Translations under genes and position numbers: made by a program
Virus record (IMG/VR): IMGVR_UViG_2681813273_000013
DNA: 5,003 nucleotides
Reading direction: 5' to 3' (one strand)
From: a virus
Taxonomy: Duplodnaviria; Heunggongvirae; Uroviricota; Caudoviricetes
Shown here: piece after piece, positions 1-5,003 of the stretch
Numbering within the stretch: position 1 is the stretch's first letter
Layout of the letters: each line of letters opens with the position of its first letter
The notes under the pieces: generated by a model
Seen by the model: the letters and a program-made list of their open reading frames with translations, nothing else
Database searches by the model: none
What the model was told of the DNA's origin: nothing

Positions 1-173
1 TGTCAGTTATCATCTTCGGTTACGGTTATCGGCAGAACGCCCTGCCGCTGACAAGAGCTTATTTGCCTGACCAATCTACTCCACATGATAGATAACTATC
101 ATTTATAGCATTTGGCTTATTAGCCTTTATTTTTCATTGAGTTGCAAACAATAAGCTCGTCAAAAACAGTAAA

Positions 174-240
174 ATTAACTACACCATTAACTACACCGTT
201 CCACGAACAATATCGAACAACCACGAACAAAGATCAACAC
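174..240. repeat. Tandem direct repeats: 2 x 12 bp ATTAACTACACC (174-185, 186-197), then 10-bp-phased CGAACAA units (204-210, 214-220, 224-230; degenerate TCAACAC at 234-240)
   Basis: Read directly from sequence; exact 10-bp periodicity; lies in a region with no convincing ORF. Confidence 0.6.
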
Positions 241-420
241 GCTTTAATCGTTATCATTTTCCGGCTATCAGTCATGAAACCAGTTATCGGCATCAGGCCC
301 ACCAGCGTGAAGCGTTTTTCATTTTTCGCGGGTATAAAAAATCGATGGGGCTGGCAGTCCGGAAGACGTCAGGGTACAGAGATTTGACCCGCCCCTCCCT
401 GTGCATGCGCACAATAAGTA

Positions 421-446
421 ACCGAAGGCGGAATTCCGCCCTCGGT
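421..446. repeat. 26-bp near-perfect palindrome ACCGAAGGCGGAATTCCGCCCTCGGT centred on GAATTC (one mismatched pair)
   Basis: Reverse complement matches itself except A426/C441. No T-run on either side, so not a canonical intrinsic terminator. Confidence 0.6.
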
Positions 447-570
447 ACTCACATATGAGAAACGATATTTCTTCCACCGATACCCTTTATTTGGGTATCG
501 CGAGTAAGCCCCAAAATCTGGGTGTTACTCTTACTACCCAAACTACGGGTAGTTTCCGTAGTTTCATAGT

Positions 571-592
571 CGAGTTGCAGATCTGCAACTCG
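571..592. repeat. 22-bp perfect palindrome CGAGTTGCAGATCTGCAACTCG, part of a cluster of stem-loops spanning 478-645
   Basis: Exact self-complementarity. Flanked by hairpins at 478-500 (8-bp stem CGATACCC/GGGTATCG), 543-561 (CTACGG/CCGTAG), 606-621 (AGTGCA/TGCACT) and 624-645 (CGGTAA/TTACCG). Confidence 0.6.
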
Positions 593-639
593 CCACCAGT
601 TGCTAAGTGCATTTTTGCACTTTCGGTAATATCAACCAG

Positions 640-921
640 TTACCGCCGTAAGTGCTCCGGCTTCCTCCACTGGTAAGTATTTTTCGCGCTCTCCCTCCGT
701 TGTTGAGAACGGCGACGGTATGCCAGCAACTCAAGAACTCTGGTTCGTATGTTGCGCATATCCACGCCGTTAAGCTCAATACCGTCACGGCGCATTACCT
801 CATCCACCACACGCGCATAATTTTCAGCGGTCACGCTGTCCGGTTGCATGGCCTGTTCGTCAACCTGCTGGCTGATTCCGGCGACGCGGCGGATTAATCC
901 CAGTATTTCGGCTTCTGTCAT
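640..921 (-). CDS. Hypothetical protein, 93 aa, function unknown
   Basis: ATG start with a G-rich RBS-like stretch (GGGGG) a few nt upstream; composition more protein-like than the overlapping plus-strand ORF 652-897; same strand as neighbouring genes. No recognisable motif. Confidence 0.4.
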   Translation of the reverse strand: MTEAEILGLIRRVAGISQQVDEQAMQPDSVTAENYARVVDEVMRRDGIELNGVDMRNIRTRVLELLAYRRRSQQRRESAKNTYQWRKPEHLRR

Positions 922-955
922 TGTGCCCCCATCGCGCTGGTTAAGAAAACAAGCT

Positions 956-977
956 CAGATTTTTTGTAAAGAATCTG
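956..977. promoter_or_regulatory. Inverted repeat CAGATT-N10-AATCTG, about 35 nt upstream of the 93-aa ORF start; candidate operator
   Basis: 6-bp arms read from sequence, in an AT-rich intergenic region between terminator 1152-1175 and the ORF start at 921. No clean -35/-10 could be assigned. Confidence 0.3.
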
Positions 978-1057
978 TCACGCTAAAAGATGTTGAACAA
1001 AAATTAACCACAATCATCATCTTTTTTGCATCAACTACATTAAAAACAACAGGTTAC

Positions 1058-1151
1058 ACACATGATGATGATGACGATAAAACCACAAAAATGCGCTTTT
1101 TTCCGCGCCGACCCGCCCCGTGGACAGGCCCCCCCCACCAGGAGGACCCGC
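1058..1151. repeat. Copy A of a ~95-bp non-coding repeat with GC-rich core CCCGCCCCGTGGACAGGCC (1112-1130)
   Basis: Aligns with 3636-3727 at roughly 85% identity with small indels; contains a purine/pyrimidine trinucleotide tract, a GCGC-T6CC-GCGC hairpin, the 19-nt identical core and CCACCAGGAG. The indels break any shared reading frame. Confidence 0.8.
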
Positions 1152-1175
1152 AAAAAAGGCGGCTGCTGCCGCCTT
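1152..1175 (-). terminator. Rho-independent terminator for the capsid gene (minus strand)
   Basis: Minus strand reads AAGGCGGC-agca-GCCGCCTT followed by a T-run, beginning 4 nt after the stop codon at 1180-1182. Confidence 0.75.
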
Positions 1176-1179
1176 GTTC

Positions 1180-1938
1180 TCATGAAGAAATCGCTCTGAC
1201 CATTCCGCGATAATCCAGAGCAGCAACGCCAGCATCAATGCGGACCTTCCAGGCCACACCGTCAACAATAAAGCCCTCCTGCTGCTCAAGGTAAGGCTCG
1301 TCATTACCGTCAAGATAAGCCACCTCAATTGTGTCCGTTCCCTGTGCTGAAAGCATGTACCATTGCTTATCACTGACTTCATCAAGGCGGGGATCGACAA
1401 TAATATCCAGTTGTTTGTGGTACGGGTTATATGAACCACTGTTTGTATCGGCACCGAAAGGCGTGGTTGAGTTAACCATTTGCAACGCTCTGTCTTCCAG
1501 AGCCGCAGGAACAAGAAGGAATTTTGGCACAATATTCAGCACCTCACCGTTTTCATCCCTCTGTGTGCGCATTGCACGGCGTGCAATGCCAAGCCCTGTA
1601 GTGCTGACTCCGTTATCAATATCATTTCCGTGTTTTTTGCTGAACAGCGGTATACCGTCAGAAAGCTTTGTGTTTCCTGTCAGCACCAGATGAACCAGAT
1701 TACCCACCGTTCTGGCGGCTGCTCGCCCCATTGCCTGTGGGATAACTGTTAACTGATTCAGGTCATCGTTAATAATCGCCTGTCGGGTAATGCTGAAAAT
1801 ATTTCCGTAAGTTGCCAGCGCGATTGGTTCGCCACGGTCACTGGTGGTGATGTATTTATATTCCGCGCCTTCCGGCACTTTGTTTAATGTAGAGAAGCCA
1901 TTCAGGCCAACACGACGTGCCTCATGGAAGTTTGACAA
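1180..1938 (-). CDS. Major capsid protein, HK97-fold-like, C-terminal ~250 aa; probably lacks its own N-terminus
   Basis: Position directly after a prohead protease; segments such as ATYGNIFSITRQAIINDD resemble my recollection of the HK97 gp5 pattern (S-x-R-Q-x-hydrophobic-x-DD). The only in-frame start is a TTG with a weak RBS, and 252 aa is short for this fold. Confidence 0.65.
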   Translation of the reverse strand: MSNFHEARRVGLNGFSTLNKVPEGAEYKYITTSDRGEPIALATYGNIFSITRQAIINDDLNQLTVIPQAMGRAAARTVGNLVHLVLTGNTKLSDGIPLFSKKHGNDIDNGVSTTGLGIARRAMRTQRDENGEVLNIVPKFLLVPAALEDRALQMVNSTTPFGADTNSGSYNPYHKQLDIIVDPRLDEVSDKQWYMLSAQGTDTIEVAYLDGNDEPYLEQQEGFIVDGVAWKVRIDAGVAALDYRGMVRAISS

Positions 1939-3047
1939 TGAACCTTTTTTCGTCCACTGGCGGAACGTTTCGCCGCTGTGTTCACGGATTTTTCAGCACC
2001 ACCAGCAAGGATATAAGTAAAATCGCTGCTGCTGTGGGTGAATGCCGCGTTTACTATCTGCGAGCGTGTGCTGTAGCTGCCTGTGCTTATGCCGCGATGG
2101 GTTAATGATGCCTGTGCCATATCGAAAAGGCTCATCATGGCGTAAGGGTTGCCGCGTTCTGCCTGTTCATGTCCCAGACGCGCATTAAGCCCCTGACGCA
2201 TTGCATCGCCGGTTATGTTGCCGTTATCCGTGTACGCGTAGTAAAGATTTGCGGGGGTGGTTTTGTTTGTCGGTGTCGATTCTTTACCCATAGTGAGTAA
2301 AAGGCGTTCGCGTGCATCCTCAACGCTACAGCCTGAATCAGCAAGACAACTTATAGCCAGGTCGTTATATCTTCCATTGAACGTGCCAAACAATTCACGT
2401 ATCCCGTTGAGTCGTTCCTGTTCTCCGCTGCCAGTTTTCTGGCTGATCATGCTTTTAATATTTTCCGGCATATTCGAAAAATCTCCGATTCGTTTTGATT
2501 CAATTCTGGCCATTGCTGTAATCGCGGGTATAACCTCATCTGCGAAGCCATTAGCCTTACACTCATTGCCATCCATCCAGGTTTCCGCCTCCATCATGGC
2601 GGTGATTTCCTGTTTGCTCCTGCCCGTTCTTCCGGCGTAGGTTTCCGCCATCGTGTCGCCCAGCTTGTCCATCAGGTCAGCAAAGCGGCGAACGTCGCCC
2701 GACACTCCGGCAGTAACACCACGGGGGGCATGTATCATCATCATCGCGTTTTCAGGCATAACGATGTGATCGCCACACATGGCAATAAACGAGGCCATAG
2801 AAGCCGCCATGCCTTCAATGTGTACAATTTTCTTTGCCGGATGATTTTTCAGGGCGTTATAGATAGCCAGCCCTTCAAAGATGTCGCCACCAGGTGAATG
2901 GATGCGAAGATGGATTTCAGGCACATTACCGCACGCGTTGATCTCGTCAGTAAGTGCCGATGCTTTTACACCGTACCCGCCGATCTCGTCATAAATGCGT
3001 ACATGTACAACATCAGCCATAGCCTTAATGGAAAACCATGTTTTCAT
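1902..3047 (-). CDS. ClpP-family (S14) prohead serine protease, with a C-terminal extension that looks like scaffold plus capsid N-terminal region
   Basis: Motifs HSPGGDIFEG (ClpP NSPGG), GMAASMASF (catalytic Ser in GxAASM) and MMMIHAPRG (catalytic His) in the N-terminal ~190 aa. ATG start overlaps the upstream ORF stop as ATGA. Terminates 36 nt into the capsid ORF, in a different frame. Confidence 0.85.
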   Translation of the reverse strand: MKTWFSIKAMADVVHVRIYDEIGGYGVKASALTDEINACGNVPEIHLRIHSPGGDIFEGLAIYNALKNHPAKKIVHIEGMAASMASFIAMCGDHIVMPENAMMMIHAPRGVTAGVSGDVRRFADLMDKLGDTMAETYAGRTGRSKQEITAMMEAETWMDGNECKANGFADEVIPAITAMARIESKRIGDFSNMPENIKSMISQKTGSGEQERLNGIRELFGTFNGRYNDLAISCLADSGCSVEDARERLLLTMGKESTPTNKTTPANLYYAYTDNGNITGDAMRQGLNARLGHEQAERGNPYAMMSLFDMAQASLTHRGISTGSYSTRSQIVNAAFTHSSSDFTYILAGGAEKSVNTAAKRSASGRKKVHCQTSMRHVVLA

Positions 3048-3238
3048 AGCCAGGCTCCTAACGTTGCCCTGTACCAGTATTCAACCGCGCTTCTCGCAAT
3101 CTGCCCTTTCGTGGGTACTGGCATTCCAGGGTGATGACTTTTAATGAACTGCTGATAGCGTTCGAGCTTCTCCATAGTTCCGGCGTCTATGTGCACTGTT
3201 GCACTTTTATCCGGTTTTCTGCTGTTGTTCTCTGGCAT
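3044..3238 (-). CDS. Small hypothetical protein, 64 aa, possibly a ribbon-helix-helix DNA-binding protein
   Basis: Start chosen at the third in-frame ATG (3238) because GGAGG lies 7 nt upstream; the track ORF begins at 3271 with no RBS. Stop overlaps the protease start. Predicted strand-helix-helix pattern (TVHIDAG / MEKLERYQQFIK / KGQIARSAVEYWYRA) is inference only. Confidence 0.45.
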   Translation of the reverse strand: MPENNSRKPDKSATVHIDAGTMEKLERYQQFIKSHHPGMPVPTKGQIARSAVEYWYRATLGAWL

Positions 3239-3313
3239 AAGTCTGCCTCCGTTATGATTAACGGGCATCATTATTGATCGATAAAACTGGTAAATAAATC
3301 ATTTTCTATCTAA

Positions 3314-3339
3314 AAATCAGATTATGTGTTTTCTGATTT
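3314..3339. promoter_or_regulatory. Inverted repeat AAATCAGA-N10-TCTGATTT, about 80 nt upstream of the 64-aa ORF start; candidate operator
   Basis: 8-bp perfect arms read from sequence in an AT-rich region; a weak possible minus-strand promoter (ATGACA, ~16 nt, TAATCT) overlaps it. Confidence 0.3.
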
Positions 3340-3379
3340 TTGTCATACCAGCAAAAGAATTGACTAATTATTGCCACGC

Positions 3380-3626
3380 NNNNNNNNNNNNNNNNNNNNN
3401 NNNNNNNNNNNNNNNNNNNNNNNNNNNNNNNNNNNNNNNNNNNNNNNNNNNNNNNNNNNNNNNNNNNNNNNNNNNNNNNNNNNNNNNNNNNNNNNNNNNN
3501 NNNNNNNNNNNNNNNNNNNNNNNNNNNNNNNNNNNNNNNNNNNNNNNNNNNNNNNNNNNNNNNNNNNNNNNNNNNNNNNNNNNNNNNNNNNNNNNNNNNN
3601 NNNNNNNNNNNNNNNNNNNNNNNNNN
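3380..3626. other. Assembly gap, 247 N
   Basis: Run of n characters. ORFs in the track that cross it (3324-3644, 3364-3714, 3371-3655) are artefacts. Confidence 1.
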
Positions 3627-3635
3627 AACTTAAAC

Positions 3636-3727
3636 TGGTGGTGATGGTGACATAAAAATCAAAAAATACGCCTTTTTCCGCGAACCGCCCGCCCCGTGGA
3701 CAGGCCACCCCCACCAGGAGTACCTAC
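3636..3727. repeat. Copy B of the ~95-bp non-coding repeat (core at 3688-3706)
   Basis: Aligns with 1058-1151 at roughly 85% identity. The left end abuts the N gap, so the copy may be truncated by the assembly. Confidence 0.8.
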
Positions 3728-3750
3728 AAAAAAGCCGGATTGCTCCGGCT
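3728..3750 (-). terminator. Rho-independent terminator for the SSB-like gene (minus strand)
   Basis: Minus strand reads AGCCGGA-gcaa-TCCGGCT followed by T6, 15 nt after the stop at 3766-3768. Confidence 0.75.
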
Positions 3751-3765
3751 TCTGTCACTCGTTGC

Positions 3766-4188
3766 TTAAAACGGTATGTTATCCCCGTACGGATCATCAT
3801 TCCCCGCCTGTTGTTTGGCCCTGTTCAGTGCATCAGTGGCCTGCCCCTGTTGGCCTTTTTTACCGCCCGGTCGCGCCGTTCTGGCACTGATTACACTGTC
3901 TGCGATAACCTGCCAGCCCTGCCGCGTTTCTCCGTTCTGGCCTGTCCACTGGCTTACCTGCATGTTACCCGCCACGCTCACCAGCTCGCCTTTCTGGTGC
4001 TTTGCCAGTGCGTCAGCCTGTCTGCCAAACGCCAGGACGGATAACCATATCGTCGCCGTTCCGTCATCTGCCTGGCTGCACGGCAGGGGAACCGCCATAC
4101 TCGCCATCGTCATTTGCGTACCCTTGCTGGTGGTCTTTAACTGCGGGTCAGCCACCAGCCGCCCGTAAGCCGCTATCTGTGCTGTCAT
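3766..4188 (-). CDS. ssb: Single-stranded DNA-binding protein (SSB family), 140 aa
   Basis: Pattern G-R-L-x-x-D-P at the N-terminus, W...FG...KG...V..G....W.G..R in the middle, Gly/Gln-rich linker, and an acidic C-terminal tail DDPYGDNIPF resembling the canonical DDDIPF. Start ATG overlaps the upstream ORF stop as ATGA. Confidence 0.75.
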   Translation of the reverse strand: MTAQIAAYGRLVADPQLKTTSKGTQMTMASMAVPLPCSQADDGTATIWLSVLAFGRQADALAKHQKGELVSVAGNMQVSQWTGQNGETRQGWQVIADSVISARTARPGGKKGQQGQATDALNRAKQQAGNDDPYGDNIPF

Positions 4189-4430
4189 GCTGTCTGCTCT
4201 CCGGTTTTAACGTTGATGGTTGTCACCTGTTCCGCTTCGGCAATCTCCCGTTCTGTCAGCGTGGCAAAGTTTGCCGCCGTCGTGGTCATGAATGCGCTTA
4301 TCAGTTCGGGATGTGCTTTCGCGTATCCTTCCCCGGCGTTGCGGTCGATGATTTTTATCGCCACCCTCAGCCAGTGTTCTGTCAAATCAAGGGCGTGAGA
4401 TTGTGGTTTTTTGGCGTGCTTCGTTGTCAC
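4185..4430 (-). CDS. Hypothetical protein, 81 aa, translationally coupled to the SSB-like gene
   Basis: GTG start with GAGG 8 nt upstream; stop overlaps the ssb start; protein-like composition; no recognisable motif. Confidence 0.45.
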   Translation of the reverse strand: MTTKHAKKPQSHALDLTEHWLRVAIKIIDRNAGEGYAKAHPELISAFMTTTAANFATLTEREIAEAEQVTTINVKTGEQTA

Positions 4431-4474
4431 AGGCTTTACCTCACAGCAATAAAATAAAATTTTTGCATTTTAAC

Positions 4475-4702
4475 CCTTCACCTGTTCACCTTTTGCAATT
4501 TTCCCTTTTTATTCATGATGTTAATGGGTTAACAGTTTCACAAAAACTATTCACCAACTGTTCACCACTGTTCACCCTTAAAGCTCAATAAAGAATCAAA
4601 AAGGTGAACAGTGAATAGTTTGGTGAACAGTTCATAAATAACTGTTCACCCTATAATATACTGATATAAAAGACATTTATTGCAGGGTGAACAGTGGTGA
4701 AC
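4475..4702. repeat. Iteron array of octamer TGTTCACC / GGTGAACA; resembles the P4 alpha-binding type I iterons of ori/crr
   Basis: Perfect TGTTCACC at 4482, 4558, 4568, 4642; perfect GGTGAACA at 4602, 4621, 4685, 4695; degenerate copies at 4475 (CTTCACC), 4547 (TATTCACC), 4610 (GTGAATAG). Seven copies extend to the 10-mer ACTGTTCACC. AT-rich context. The identity with P4 iterons is from memory of the literature, not a search. Confidence 0.75.
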
Positions 4703-4733
4703 AGTTATTCCATAAGTTTAATTTTTTCCATCG

Positions 4734-5003
4734 TCATTTGTGACCTATTGCACATGATGGCATCCAGTCTTCTGAATCCTCTGTCAGGGTCACATTTGAA
4801 CGCAAACCGTGCTTCGTTTTCCGTTTCATATACTCCCTGCCATATTCCGCCATTGCCCCCGGCATATCTTTACCGAAGCGCGTCAGTGTTACAGGTTTAC
4901 CGAATCCGTGTGCCCTCATATATGCCAGATAGGCGTGATAAAGATACCTGCGCGGACTGAACGGAATAATTTCGGCATTACCCACTAACAGACCATCACA
5001 CAT
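4734..5003 (-). CDS. 3' end of a gene truncated by the window edge; candidate C-terminal origin-binding domain of a P4 alpha-like primase/helicase
   Basis: Open frame runs to the window edge (the ATG at 5001-5003 may be internal); composition more protein-like than the overlapping plus ORF 4694-4960. The alpha assignment is inferred only from the iterons just downstream, mirroring the P4 alpha-then-crr layout. Confidence 0.4.
   Translation of the reverse strand: MCDGLLVGNAEIIPFSPRRYLYHAYLAYMRAHGFGKPVTLTRFGKDMPGAMAEYGREYMKRKTKHGLRSNVTLTEDSEDWMPSCAIGHK

Noticed and set aside
142-676. Plus-strand ORFs 142-387 and 455-676
   Set aside because: Low-complexity translations, no RBS, and they run through the palindrome and repeat cluster; more likely non-coding.
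1058-1085. The plus strand encodes HDDDDDK (an enterokinase-like site) and the minus strand a His run, suggesting a synthetic tag or vector sequence
   Set aside because: It comes from a short GAT/CAT trinucleotide tract inside the non-coding repeat; copy B has GGT/GTG at the same place with frame-breaking indels, and there is no flanking vector-like sequence.
848-1213. Plus-strand ORF 848-1213
   Set aside because: It reads through the AT-rich intergenic region, repeat copy A and the terminator; the translation is Pro/Arg-rich junk.
1035-1752. ORFs 1035-1532 (minus), 1331-1693 (plus) and 1480-1752 (plus) overlapping the capsid gene
   Set aside because: Shadow ORFs in alternative frames of a well-supported gene, with implausible composition.
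1917-2640. Plus-strand ORFs 1917-2105 and 2257-2640 inside the protease gene
   Set aside because: Antisense to an ORF with clear ClpP catalytic motifs.
3324-3714. ORFs spanning the N run
   Set aside because: Artefacts of translating N as X.
3776-4457. Plus-strand ORFs 3776-4168, 3811-4044, 4002-4457 and 4213-4398
   Set aside because: Antisense to the SSB-like and 81-aa ORFs; Cys/Pro-rich, not protein-like.
4431-4474. Possible tRNA-derived att site downstream of the iterons, as at the P4 crr/att junction
   Set aside because: No tRNA 3'-end-like sequence or T-psi-C-type motif is visible in this AT-rich stretch, and genes continue on the same strand.
4651-4656. TATAAT hexamer as a plus-strand promoter
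   Set aside because: No acceptable -35 at 16-18 bp and no plus-strand gene downstream; probably incidental to the AT-rich origin. It is mentioned only as a possible coupling element.
4475-4702. Short repeats as a possible CRISPR array
   Set aside because: Units are 8-10 bp, in both orientations, with irregular spacing; this is an iteron pattern, not repeat-spacer architecture.
4694-4960. Plus-strand ORF 4694-4960
   Set aside because: Ser/Pro-rich translation overlapping the more protein-like minus-strand ORF at the window edge.

Overview
This window looks like part of a phage-derived mobile element (prophage or phage satellite) of enterobacterial type, with every supportable gene on the minus strand. 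Reading right to left: the 3' end of a gene cut by the window edge (4734-5003); a ~230-bp array of TGTTCACC/GGTGAACA octamers (4475-4702) matching what I recall as the P4 alpha-protein 'type I iteron' of ori/crr; a translationally coupled pair of an 81-aa ORF and an SSB-like gene, ending in an intrinsic terminator; a 247-nt run of N (3380-3626, assembly gap); a 64-aa ORF coupled to a ClpP-family prohead protease ORF (1902-3047); an HK97-like capsid ORF (1180-1938) in the -1 frame, joined to the protease ORF only across an A_AAA_AAG heptamer; a second terminator; a 93-aa ORF; and ~640 bp of non-coding DNA dense in palindromes and tandem repeats. A ~95-bp non-coding element occurs twice, each time immediately next to a terminator. 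No portal, terminase, integrase, tRNA or CRISPR array is visible. All protein calls rest on motifs read by eye from the translations; no database search was run.
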